A stretch of DNA of 64,000 nucleotides from Bacteroidales bacterium (GCA_049969475.1 JBMFOU010000005.1:2034-66033); one strand, 5' to 3'; shown: positions 38,411 through 47,329, numbered from the stretch's first letter. Notes: generated by a model from the letters alone, not told the origin. A program made the numbers and translations.

Positions 38411-40061
38411 TCGAAGCTCTTTTAAAAACGCATTCTCCTTCAATCCATGTTTCAAGGATGCGAGCTTTAAGAACTTCTTCGCGGGATGCAGTTCTTAGAT
38501 CGGTATCGAGCACAACAAAATCCGCTTTCTTACCCTGAGTAATGCTACCTATTTCATTCTCAAGAAATGAAGCCCTGGCGGCCCAAAGGGTCATACCCCA
38601 AAGGGTTTGATCGCGGGATAGGGCATTTTCTGGTTGAAAACCGCCCCGGGGATAGCCCTCGGAATCGGTGCGAAAGACGGCTGCATGGAAAGTGAGAAAC
38701 GGATTTACTTCCTCAATGGGAAAATCGGTTCCCAAAGGCATCCAGCCATTTTGCTGAAGCAAGTTCTGGTAAGCATATGCATGGCGAATACGATCACCCA
38801 GGCGGGCTGCAGCCCAACTCATATCGGATGTGGCATGTGTAGGTTGAACCGAAGGAATGACGGAAAACTTGCCGAACTTTGAGAGATCATCCGGGTCCAC
38901 TACCTGAGCGTGCTCAATGCGCCAGCGCAAATCATTTGGGCCTTTGAGAAATTCACCATAAATATTCAAAACCAGTCGATTGGCTGAGTCGCCGATAGCA
39001 TGCGTGCAGACCTGGTAACCTGCCTCCAGCGCCCGCTGGCAAATCCTTCGGATTTCATCAGGTGAAGTAACCGCTATTCCATAAGTTTGAGGAAAATCGC
39101 TATAAGGCCTGAGCAAAAGAGCTCCCCGGCTGCCTAACGCTCCATCTGCGTAAAGCTTAATGGCTGTAACCGACAACCGGCCGTTGAAATATTTCCCTTG
39201 AGGTAAAAATTCATGCAAGGTCTCCTCTGATGGGTCGAGCATGGCGGATACTCGAATTTTTAGTTTGCCTTCCCGCTGCATCTCTTCCATCACGCGTATT
39301 ACCTGGGCGTCGAGACCTGCGTCGCATACGGCGGTCAGCCCATTGCGCAGACACTCTTCCTGAGCGGTAAGAAGTGACCCCTCCAGCTCCTGCCGGCTCA
39401 TGGCGGGAATGAGGGAACGAACGGGTTCCATAGCATTGTCAATCAAAACCCCCGTTGGTTTTCCCCCGGCTATCATCATCTGTCCCCCGTCCTGTTGGGT
39501 TTTCCTTTCAAGCCCGGCTCTTCTCAGGGCTTCATCACTTACCAGCGCGGCATGTCCATCAATTCGTACTAGATAGACAGGGACATCAGGGAAAGCTTTG
39601 TTTAATAATTGATTATCAGGAAACTGGCCTCCAGGGAAAAGATTCTGGTCCCATCCCCTACCCAGCAACCATTCCGCTTTATGCGTTTTTCTGAATTCCT
39701 GTAATCTATCCACCACCTCCTCCATGGAACGGCAACCTCTAAGATCAGCCCAACGATACATCATTTCACCGAGTCCCTTGAAATGACAATGGGCATCCAT
39801 AAACCCCGGGTATAGGGATGCACCCTGTAAATCAATTATTTTTTCCGCATGAAATTTCCCTTTGATCTCTTCATTACTTCCAATCCCCACAAACTTTCCA
39901 TCCTTCACAGCCAGGGCATTGGCATCTATAAGGGTTGAATCAGCGGTAAAAATCCTGGCATTCCACACAATGAAATCTGCCGGTTGTTTCATTGTACAAG
40001 ATTGAAAAAGAATAATTAACAAGAACAGGCCAAGGGGCCCTGTGCTTTGTTTCATGGTCAT
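38403..40061 (-). CDS. amidohydrolase-family (YtcJ-like) metal hydrolase, lipoprotein
   Basis: 552 aa. Lipobox LFQSC, metal ligands (GFMDAHCHF ... IEHAQV ... HAIGD) and TDFP near the C-terminus. ATGA overlap with the upstream EEP gene. Confidence 0.85.
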   Translation of the reverse strand: MTMKQSTGPLGLFLLIILFQSCTMKQPADFIVWNARIFTADSTLIDANALAVKDGKFVGIGSNEEIKGKFHAEKIIDLQGASLYPGFMDAHCHFKGLGEMMYRWADLRGCRSMEEVVDRLQEFRKTHKAEWLLGRGWDQNLFPGGQFPDNQLLNKAFPDVPVYLVRIDGHAALVSDEALRRAGLERKTQQDGGQMMIAGGKPTGVLIDNAMEPVRSLIPAMSRQELEGSLLTAQEECLRNGLTAVCDAGLDAQVIRVMEEMQREGKLKIRVSAMLDPSEETLHEFLPQGKYFNGRLSVTAIKLYADGALGSRGALLLRPYSDFPQTYGIAVTSPDEIRRICQRALEAGYQVCTHAIGDSANRLVLNIYGEFLKGPNDLRWRIEHAQVVDPDDLSKFGKFSVIPSVQPTHATSDMSWAAARLGDRIRHAYAYQNLLQQNGWMPLGTDFPIEEVNPFLTFHAAVFRTDSEGYPRGGFQPENALSRDQTLWGMTLWAARASFLENEIGSITQGKKADFVVLDTDLRTASREEVLKARILETWIEGECVFKRASND

Positions 40062-41542
40062 TTCGATTTTGAGTCGACAATTTTAAAATCGGCCACCAGG
40101 GGCAGATGGTCGGAACAACGCTTCATAATGTTTCCATCGAGCCCGAGGGCCGAAAGAGTATCTACATCCAGCATAGAGGTATTCAATATAAAGGAATGAA
40201 CAGGATGAAGGTTCACCGGCGAATAAAAAATATAATCGAGACGGGCTGGCGAAAAGAGCTTTTGTGGATCTCTCCAGGTGATGGCAACCGGGTGATCCAC
40301 CTGTATGGGCACCAGATCTCGGAGCACGGGTTTCTGGCTAAGGTGCAGACTGCCGGTGGTAAGGTTACGATAAGGTATATCGGAGCCCACAATATTGAAA
40401 TCGCCCGCCAGTATGACCGGCATCTTGAGGTTTCCGTCGTTGAAAGTGGCTACCTTATTGATAATAGCCATAAGGGCCTGGGTTTCCATTATCCGCTCCT
40501 GGTCGAAGTAGCAGCAGCTCAGATGACAACTGAAAAACATGATGTCGCGTTTCCCTATCCTAAGTCGAAAGCCGGCAATATTTTCGTTGGCTCCGGGCCG
40601 CACCGGAATAATTTCTTCGATTTTAAAACGGGAGGCCAGAATAACTCCTTCACCGTATTTAACTACATGCCAGGTACCGGGCAATAGTTCTGAAAGGGTT
40701 TGCTTTACTTCATCTGCCGTACTTTTCCAGCATTCAATTAAATTGATGATGTCTGGGTTAAGAAGACGAATGACTCTGTTAAAATCATATTGGCGAATGG
40801 AATCGGTAATCCCATCATTAAAAACATTCCAGCTTAGCAATCTGAAACCATCTTCAGGCTTAGGAGTAATAGCAGGCAGTTTCAGAGAATTTCGACAATC
40901 GCGCTGAATTACGTAGGTAAAGGTTTTTCCCTTGTCAGGAGCCATGTCGCCCCCTTCGGTTCGGTCCCATAGCAATATTTTTACAGTATCTGAGCTAAAC
41001 AGCTTTTTCCCGGGTCGGGGCTCTGCCTCAAGCGAAATCGTGACTTCATATTCCGACGAAGTGAATGGAGGTACATACAAAAAACCCAACCCAAGATGTC
41101 TAACAAAATCAGCCACTTCCGAGTCTTTGTAGTAGCCCCAGCGCTGACCAAACTGCCATCCCAACTCAGCTCCTATCCCGTTGATGAAATAGCCCGTATG
41201 AGGATCATTGTCTGTGTCCAGTTCTAGAAATAATGTATTGTTTTCGCCCAAGGGATAGGGTTTCTGAAGAATCAATCTGAAATACAAATTTTTATCGTCA
41301 TTGGTTACCTGAAGACCCACGATGTCAATATCTTTTCCATCCCCAGGAGCATCCGTCAGAGTGCTAACCCGGTTGTCGTTATTAACTGCTGACTTCCAAT
41401 CGGGCCATTCATGGGTGAATCCATCCACGACCACTGGCAAACATAATTTCTCGTTTTGGGCATAAATGGTCTGAATGAGCAGGAGAAAATACAGAAGTAT
41501 CTTCATCCTAAAGAAATGAGAATTGCGAAAATTTTTAGCCAT
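40058..41542 (-). CDS. secreted endonuclease/exonuclease/phosphatase (EEP) family protein with an N-terminal extra domain
   Basis: 494 aa. Signal peptide (alternative ATG at 41506 gives MKILLYFLLLIQTIYAQ). The C-terminal ~260 aa carry EEP motifs (LLSWNV, LIECW, GDFN, SDHLP). Confidence 0.8.
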   Translation of the reverse strand: MAKNFRNSHFFRMKILLYFLLLIQTIYAQNEKLCLPVVVDGFTHEWPDWKSAVNNDNRVSTLTDAPGDGKDIDIVGLQVTNDDKNLYFRLILQKPYPLGENNTLFLELDTDNDPHTGYFINGIGAELGWQFGQRWGYYKDSEVADFVRHLGLGFLYVPPFTSSEYEVTISLEAEPRPGKKLFSSDTVKILLWDRTEGGDMAPDKGKTFTYVIQRDCRNSLKLPAITPKPEDGFRLLSWNVFNDGITDSIRQYDFNRVIRLLNPDIINLIECWKSTADEVKQTLSELLPGTWHVVKYGEGVILASRFKIEEIIPVRPGANENIAGFRLRIGKRDIMFFSCHLSCCYFDQERIMETQALMAIINKVATFNDGNLKMPVILAGDFNIVGSDIPYRNLTTGSLHLSQKPVLRDLVPIQVDHPVAITWRDPQKLFSPARLDYIFYSPVNLHPVHSFILNTSMLDVDTLSALGLDGNIMKRCSDHLPLVADFKIVDSKSK

Positions 41543-42596
41543 GACGAAGAAAACGACTAAGGAATTTCAGACTTTCAAATGTAATGATTTTGCTATTTCC
41601 ATGCAAAACAAAGGAACCATCGCTTTCGGCAGAAATCACCCAGGCTGGAGCTTCACCAGGGATGGCATGCCGCAGGCAGTGCCTCAGCATAAACAATTCC
41701 CAAGCTGGGTGGGGTGTACCTGCCCAATGAATTTTCACAGGTTTAAAGTCCTTGCTCTCTGGTTCAAAATCCTGGATTTGTGAATTATATACCCAGTCTG
41801 CCCGTTGAAAATAATCAGGAATGATTCCTGTGCCGACCGCCTCCTCGGGCGAAATCATGATAAAAGGTCGCTGATGCCCGGCCACAATCAATTCGTCACA
41901 TAGGCGGAGCGCAAGGGCCACATCGTGTGTGGAAAGGAGTATAGTTTTGTTTTGCGATCGAGTGAGCTGCAGCAACATGTGCATCAATTCAGAACGGCTA
42001 GGAAAATCGAGAAAGGCAGAAGGTTCATCAAGCAAAATGAGGGGTGTTTGTTGCGTAAGTGCCGAGGCAATCCATACTTTTTGCTTTTCTCCGTCGCTTA
42101 GCCGATCAAAAAATTTATGAGCTAGGTGACCTATTCCCACCAAATGCAATGATTGCATAACCCATTCTTTATCGGCCTTCGACATGCGCCCCCAAAATCC
42201 ACTATAAGGATATCGACCCGAGGCTGCCACCTCGAAAGCAGTCATCGAAGGCATGGCTGTGCCGGTAGGAAAAACTACGGCTACTTTTGAAGCCAATTCT
42301 CTACGGCTAAAATGCTGTAGTGTCTTACCCTGCATAAAAATCTCTCCGCCAAGAGGGGGCAGAAGTCCTGCCAGGGTACGTATGAGGGTTGATTTTCCGC
42401 AGCCATTGGGTCCTATTAAGCAGTACAGATAACCCTGTTTCAAATCCAGGTTTATTTGTTCCGATACCACGAAACGTGGGCTGCTATAGCCAATGGCTAA
42501 CTCATGAATAACAACAATATCCTTTATATCAGTAAGAGAAGGCGGTTGTTCAAAGGGGATAGTCATTGCGGGGAGGATTGTTACAGATTTCTCCAT
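41535..42596 (-). CDS. ABC transporter ATP-binding protein (FecE/BtuD type) with a C-terminal extension of ~100 aa
   Basis: The ORF-track entry extends to 42926, but the first ~110 codons overlap the permease gene in another frame. I chose the ATG at 42596 (MEKSV); the ATG at 42566 is an alternative. Walker A GPNGCGKST, signature LSDGEKQKV, Walker B LILLDEPS, H-loop STHD. Confidence 0.9.
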   Translation of the reverse strand: MEKSVTILPAMTIPFEQPPSLTDIKDIVVIHELAIGYSSPRFVVSEQINLDLKQGYLYCLIGPNGCGKSTLIRTLAGLLPPLGGEIFMQGKTLQHFSRRELASKVAVVFPTGTAMPSMTAFEVAASGRYPYSGFWGRMSKADKEWVMQSLHLVGIGHLAHKFFDRLSDGEKQKVWIASALTQQTPLILLDEPSAFLDFPSRSELMHMLLQLTRSQNKTILLSTHDVALALRLCDELIVAGHQRPFIMISPEEAVGTGIIPDYFQRADWVYNSQIQDFEPESKDFKPVKIHWAGTPHPAWELFMLRHCLRHAIPGEAPAWVISAESDGSFVLHGNSKIITFESLKFLSRFLRHG

Positions 42597-43630
42597 TTCC
42601 AAAGAAAAACGATAACCACCGGAGCCCCCACCAGGGCAGTAAGGGCGTTCACGGGAAGAGCACCCCCAAAAATTGGTAAGCGCGAAACGAGGTGTACAGC
42701 GAGGGCCAGCCCTGCTCCCAGCAAGGCAGATAATGGAATGAGTACAAAATGGTCGGCTGAGGCGGTAAGAGATCGGGCTAGATGAGGAACAGCCAACCCG
42801 ATAAAGGCTATAGGACCGCAAAAAGCTGTTACAACTGCCGTAAGAAAACCTGAAACCCAAATAATGTTCATTCTTGTACGGCGTACATTCAAACCCAACG
42901 CTGCGGCTGTTGTTTCTCCCAACCACAACATATTAAGTGGTTTAACTAAGAAAAAGGAAGCCACCAATGCTAACGCCACCGATGACCCTAAAATGCCCAG
43001 ATGGTTACGACTCACGGCTGAAAAACTTCCAAGTCCCCAAACCACATAATATTTCAAATCGTCAGAAAGACTAAAGAACTTTAACAAGCTGATGGCTGAA
43101 AAACTCAGGTAACCTATCATCACACCTAATATGAGCAAGCGGGTGGCTGATTGCATGCGAAGGGCAAAGCTCAATATAACAAGCATGACCCCCATAGCTC
43201 CTAAGAACGAAGCTGCAATGATTCCCAATTGTCCCTGAAAACCGGAGTTAATCAGAGAAAAACCCAGGAGTTTCCCTCCGGTAAGAGTTAAAAGAGCCAC
43301 GCCCAGGCCGGCCCCGGAACTAACCCCCAAAATAGAAGGATCGGCCAGGGGATTTCGAAAAAGGGTCTGCATTAGCAATCCTCCGACAGCAAGGGCCGCT
43401 CCGGCCCATAAAGCAGCCATGGCTCCAGGAAACCGAATCTCTTGTAAAATCATTCGTTGCGTTTCGTTTCCACCACCCTCCATGGCTTCCATCAGTGCCT
43501 TCCAACCCAAATTCACAGTCCCAACTTTCAAATTGAAAAAGAAAAGTACCACGACAACGCTCGTAAGACTGCCAAAAAGCAACCATCGATATGACTTGCG
43601 CCGTCGGATGGGAGGATGAACAGTACTCAT
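42581..43630 (-). CDS. FecCD/BtuC-family ABC permease
   Basis: 349 aa, about 9-10 TM segments. Blocks typical of iron-siderophore/B12 permeases (RNPLADPSILGVSSGAGLG, GPIAFIGLAVPH). Confidence 0.9.
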   Translation of the reverse strand: MSTVHPPIRRRKSYRWLLFGSLTSVVVVLFFFNLKVGTVNLGWKALMEAMEGGGNETQRMILQEIRFPGAMAALWAGAALAVGGLLMQTLFRNPLADPSILGVSSGAGLGVALLTLTGGKLLGFSLINSGFQGQLGIIAASFLGAMGVMLVILSFALRMQSATRLLILGVMIGYLSFSAISLLKFFSLSDDLKYYVVWGLGSFSAVSRNHLGILGSSVALALVASFFLVKPLNMLWLGETTAAALGLNVRRTRMNIIWVSGFLTAVVTAFCGPIAFIGLAVPHLARSLTASADHFVLIPLSALLGAGLALAVHLVSRLPIFGGALPVNALTALVGAPVVIVFLWKWRNL

Positions 43631-44772
43631 GGTAACAGATGATAAAAATAGGGCTGGTAATCAGAATCAAGCCCTGGATGCGTTAGGTGAATCAAGTCAG
43701 AGAGAACTAGATCTGGACGAGCATTGCCTACTTCGTATAAGGGAACTTCCGATACGTTGCAGTACAATATTTTACTGTTGGTAAAAACGGGTAAAAGTTT
43801 GTATCTGGGGTCAAGGTTGAGCAAGTCGCTACGGTTGTTCAGGTTCTTATTGGCCAGCAATAGCCGCCAATATTCTGCCTTTGATGAACGACTCACTATT
43901 TCTTCAAAACTCACAGGTATACTGCCAGGTCCGGGCTTATCTGAAAAAACATAATTCAATCCCGCATCTCTGTAAAGCTCTGCCATATAACTCTGAGATG
44001 CCGATACATACCAGGTATCACCCTGCAGCATTCCATCTATAATTGAGGGCTTATCGTTTATGCTGAGGGCTAACTCTTTCATTCGAAGATAATTAGTTTT
44101 TATTTCTTTGAAAATACTATCGGCTTCATGCTCCTTGCCTAAAAAAATACCGATGAACCGAATCCATTCCGCTCTGCCCAGTGGGGTTGATTCCAGGTAA
44201 TCGGCCAGGGGAAGGGCAACGATTCCTACACTTCTAAAACGTTCAAAATCAGTACCAGGGAATAATGAAAAGAAAGCTGCGTCAGGATCGCAGGCAATGA
44301 GCTGCTCATTGAAGATTCGATCTCCCTGCCCAATTTCAACGATCAAACCTTTTTTTATACGTTTCTTGACTGTTGGATTTATAATAAAGGCCGAATCAGA
44401 AACACCAGTTAGCCTTTGCATGCATCCCAGGCTCTGCAAGGAACTGAAAAGAGTGGATGAGGTGGTAGCCAGCGTTCTGATGGGTTGATAAACGAGCGTG
44501 TAGCCCTTAGGAACTTTATAGTTTTCCTTTCGTGATGCCAGAATATATCGGCCCCACACCTGGTTAGTGTCCCAGGGATTCAAAACGATGACTGCGCGAT
44601 GTCCATCCCTGGTTCCCACCTTAAAGAGCCGGGCATGCTGGGGTGAATAAGCAGTATCAGGGATAAAATTCGGGTCTACGTCGGAAGGACTCTTGTTTCC
44701 GCAGGCATTTAAAAGTGCCAGGGAAATAATGAACATCCCCGTTATCCATAAATTAATCGAAAAGCTCTTCAT
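43627..44772 (-). CDS. periplasmic-binding-protein (BtuF/FhuD-like) lipoprotein
   Basis: The ORF-track start at 44823 is GTG, so I used the ATG at 44772 (MKSFSINLW...LLNAC lipobox). The ABC class III SBP pattern is present. ATGA overlap with the permease start. Confidence 0.85.
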   Translation of the reverse strand: MKSFSINLWITGMFIISLALLNACGNKSPSDVDPNFIPDTAYSPQHARLFKVGTRDGHRAVIVLNPWDTNQVWGRYILASRKENYKVPKGYTLVYQPIRTLATTSSTLFSSLQSLGCMQRLTGVSDSAFIINPTVKKRIKKGLIVEIGQGDRIFNEQLIACDPDAAFFSLFPGTDFERFRSVGIVALPLADYLESTPLGRAEWIRFIGIFLGKEHEADSIFKEIKTNYLRMKELALSINDKPSIIDGMLQGDTWYVSASQSYMAELYRDAGLNYVFSDKPGPGSIPVSFEEIVSRSSKAEYWRLLLANKNLNNRSDLLNLDPRYKLLPVFTNSKILYCNVSEVPLYEVGNARPDLVLSDLIHLTHPGLDSDYQPYFYHLLP

Positions 44773-45127
44773 CGCGTTCGAGTAACAGAATGGAATGATG
44801 GGAGACCACAAAATATTTCTCACCGTCTATCACCACCTCTACGGCTCCTTTTTGCATAAAAACGGCCAGGTCGCCGGGACGAGCCTGCAGAGGGATATAC
44901 ATGGGCTGTTCTTCATGCTTTTTCCAGGGCTCACCATCACTCTCACGAGGTGAAGGTATGGGGTAGCCAGGCCCGGTTTTGATGACATAACCCGTCTGTA
45001 TCTCTTCTTTTTCAGAATAACCGGGAGGCAATACCAACCCACCCCGTGTAGTAGCTTTGGCAGTCTTGAGTTTGATAAGCACCCTGTCTCCTACTACAAT
45101 AATATTTTTTAAGCGTTCAGAGATCAT
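44753..45127 (-). CDS. GroES/Cpn10-like protein (paralog with an insertion; no groEL adjacent)
   Basis: ATG at 45127 (MISERLKNIIVVGDRVLIKLKTAKATTRGGLVLP...), matching the GroES pattern (DRVLIK...T.GGI.LP). 124 aa against about 95 for canonical GroES. The upstream part of the 169-aa ORF-track entry contains the promoter. Confidence 0.75.
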   Translation of the reverse strand: MISERLKNIIVVGDRVLIKLKTAKATTRGGLVLPPGYSEKEEIQTGYVIKTGPGYPIPSPRESDGEPWKKHEEQPMYIPLQARPGDLAVFMQKGAVEVVIDGEKYFVVSHHSILLLERDEELFD

Positions 45128-45143
45128 GCAGTTAAAGTTTCTG

Positions 45144-45151
45144 CAAAAATA
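45144..45151 (-). promoter_or_regulatory. -7 promoter box (TATTTTTG, minus strand) for the eight-gene operon
   Basis: Reverse complement of CAAAAATA, 17 nt upstream of ATG 45127. Confidence 0.45.
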
Positions 45152-45201
45152 CAGAAATGCAATGGGTGGATTGATGTTTCTGCCCCTCCTGAGGTTTTGT
45201 G

Positions 45202-45209
45202 TATCTTTG
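45202..45209 (+). promoter_or_regulatory. -7 promoter box (TATCTTTG) for the small ORF and mutL
   Basis: TAnnTTTG match 24 nt upstream of ATG 45234. Confidence 0.45.
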
Positions 45210-45233
45210 CAGAAGCAAAGAAGACAGTAACAA

Positions 45234-45479
45234 ATGCGACTTAAATTTCTGCATACACCCAAACCCCGGGGCTATAGTTATCAGCCGGTTTATTACAATC
45301 CAGAACAGGAAAAACCAACTGTTGAAAAAAAAGAAACCGAGGGCAGCGACCGCTTGCGACGTGAGATGGAAGCACGATGGAGGGCCAATCGGCGAAAAAA
45401 CCGGGCAAGCACTATCCAGCTTGCGGTTTACCTCCTAATAATACTTGCAGTGCTCTACTTTATTTTCTTTGTGTGGTAA
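45234..45479 (+). CDS. small tail-anchored membrane protein, translationally coupled to mutL
   Basis: 81 aa. Charged N-terminal region, then one C-terminal TM (IQLAVYLLIILAVLYFIFFVW). Its stop overlaps the mutL start as TAATG. Confidence 0.5.
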   Translation: MRLKFLHTPKPRGYSYQPVYYNPEQEKPTVEKKETEGSDRLRREMEARWRANRRKNRASTIQLAVYLLIILAVLYFIFFVW

Positions 45480-47287
45480 TGACAGGTATCATTCAGTTGC
45501 TGCCAGAGGCTGTTGCCAACCAAATTGCTGCGGGAGAAGTAATTCAGCGCCCGGCTTCTGCTGTAAAAGAATTGCTTGAAAATGCGGTGGATGCAGGAGC
45601 AGGCAATATTCAACTCATTATTAAAGACGCAGGAAAAACCCTGATTCAGGTGGTGGACGATGGCTGCGGTATGAGCCCTACAGATGCACGCCTCTGTTTT
45701 GAACGCCATGCAACCAGTAAAATCAGGTCAGCGAATGACCTTTTTGCCATCCGTACCCTGGGATTCAGAGGTGAAGCGCTGGCCAGTATAGCCGCTATTG
45801 CCCAGGTTGAGCTGCGAACTCGCAGGCACGAAGACGAACTGGGTACGCTGGTTATTATAGAAGGGACAGAAGTTAAGAATCAACAACCCGTCCAGTGCCA
45901 GGCTGGAAGTTCATTCGCAGTAAAAAACCTGTTCTACAATGTCCCTGCCCGCAGAGCATTCCTTAAGTCCGAACAGGTTGAAATGCGGCATATAATCGAA
46001 GAATTTCAACGGGTAGCCTTTGTTTATCCACAAATTCAGTTCAGCCTGGTAAGCAATGGCCGCACTATTTACAACTTGCAGAAGGGAAATCTTCGTCAGC
46101 GTATTATTCAACTAATGGGAAACCCAATTAATACAAAAATTATCCCCGTTGAAGAAAAGACACAGCTCGTTACTGTAAGAGGATTCGTGTCGAAACCTGA
46201 ACATTCGCGGAAAATCCGTGGCGAACAATTCCTTTTTACCAATGGCCGCTTTGTTAAGATTCCCTACTTCCAACATGCCATCGAGGCTGCTTACGAAGGT
46301 CTCATCCCACAGGGAAATCTCCCCTCCTACTTCATCTACCTTGAGGTAGATCCGGCTCGTATCGATATTAATATACACCCTACCAAAACCGAGGTAAAAT
46401 TCATAGATGAACAGGCTATTTATGGAATCATTAAGGCAGCCGTACGTAAATCGATAGGGCAGGTAAGTCTGGCCAGCCAATTGGAATTCGACAACCTCCC
46501 ATCGTTCGAGATTCCCGAACCCAAACCCGGTGCCCCCATACGACCACCGGAAATCAAAATCAATCCTGACTATAATCCTTTTCATTCGCCAGTAAAAACA
46601 GGCGACCCCCGAAATCAATCGCAATGGCAGCAATTGTATCAGCCGCCAAAGTCAGAATTGCCAGCCGAATCCCCTTCCCATGAATTGCCATCTTTTTTAA
46701 ATCGGACGAATGACGACAATCCCCAAGAAAAGCCTTTTTTGCAAATATCTTTGGCTTTCATACTCACCAGCGTGAAATCGGGGTTGATGGTGATTGATGC
46801 AGAAAAGGCCTGGGAAAGAATATATTATGATGAAATAATCGCAGCGCTTGATAAACGGGGAATGGCCTCGCAGCAGTTGCTCTTTCCCCATAATGTGTAT
46901 TTTAATGAAGCAGAGGCAGAAATAGTCGCTCAGCTGAAGCCCTTGCTCAGTCAGATGGGTTTTACGCTCGACAACCTCAGTCCCACCACATTGGTTATTC
47001 AAGGCATACCGCAGGGCATGTCGGCTGCTGATGCTCAGGGGGCGTTGGAGCAAATACTGCAATCTGTGCTTCATCAGGGCGATGCGGAAGTAGCTGATGT
47101 TCGCTTACCCGCTGCACGTTCGCTGGCTGCCACCATGGCTGCCCGGCAACTTAAAACTATGACGCAAAACGAAATGCGCTCGCTCACCGACCGCCTTTTT
47201 GCCTCGTCCATGCCTTCTGTGAGCCCATCAGGCAAGAACATTGTAAAAATTCTCAGTGAAGAAGAGCTTCGACAACTTTTCAAATAA
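45479..47287 (+). CDS. mutL: DNA mismatch repair protein MutL
   Basis: Start moved to the ATG at 45479 (MTGIIQLLPEAVANQIAAGEVIQRPASAVKELLENAVDAGA), which is the canonical MutL N-terminus. The ORF-track start at 45377 lies inside the small upstream ORF. Confidence 0.95.
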   Translation: MTGIIQLLPEAVANQIAAGEVIQRPASAVKELLENAVDAGAGNIQLIIKDAGKTLIQVVDDGCGMSPTDARLCFERHATSKIRSANDLFAIRTLGFRGEALASIAAIAQVELRTRRHEDELGTLVIIEGTEVKNQQPVQCQAGSSFAVKNLFYNVPARRAFLKSEQVEMRHIIEEFQRVAFVYPQIQFSLVSNGRTIYNLQKGNLRQRIIQLMGNPINTKIIPVEEKTQLVTVRGFVSKPEHSRKIRGEQFLFTNGRFVKIPYFQHAIEAAYEGLIPQGNLPSYFIYLEVDPARIDINIHPTKTEVKFIDEQAIYGIIKAAVRKSIGQVSLASQLEFDNLPSFEIPEPKPGAPIRPPEIKINPDYNPFHSPVKTGDPRNQSQWQQLYQPPKSELPAESPSHELPSFLNRTNDDNPQEKPFLQISLAFILTSVKSGLMVIDAEKAWERIYYDEIIAALDKRGMASQQLLFPHNVYFNEAEAEIVAQLKPLLSQMGFTLDNLSPTTLVIQGIPQGMSAADAQGALEQILQSVLHQGDAEVADVRLPAARSLAATMAARQLKTMTQNEMRSLTDRLFASSMPSVSPSGKNIVKILSEEELRQLFK

Positions 47288-47329
47288 ATCCTATTTGCTT
47301 AATTTTGTTTCACACCATAAAATATATCG

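Noticed and set aside
40106-40687. Long antisense ORFs: 40106-40687, 55589-56146, 46112-46633, 18142-18615, 4553-5032 and 4144-4584.
   Set aside because: Each lies entirely opposite a well-supported gene. They have skewed, low-complexity or Arg/Ser/Leu-rich translations and no start context or promoter box. These are typical shadow ORFs.
42597-42926. N-terminal 110 codons of the ORF-track entry 41535-42926.
   Set aside because: This stretch overlaps the 3' end of the permease gene in another frame. Its translation is Cys/Ser/Arg/Gly-rich with no ABC features. The ATPase motifs begin only after the ATGs at 42596 and 42566.
45128-45233. Possible cobalamin riboswitch or Fur-type operator upstream of the BtuFCD-like operon.
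   Set aside because: The leader is only ~17 nt between the -7 box and the ATG. I saw no conserved riboswitch blocks and no convincing palindrome in the 106-nt divergent spacer.
45128-45262. Upstream extensions of several ORF-track entries: 44753-45262, 45377-45478, 43627-44823, 48136, 38455, 37518, 54113, 56109 and 18967.
   Set aside because: Most begin at TTG or GTG codons shown as M in the track. They run through promoter boxes or neighbouring genes. In each case an internal ATG gives a canonical N-terminus or signal peptide.
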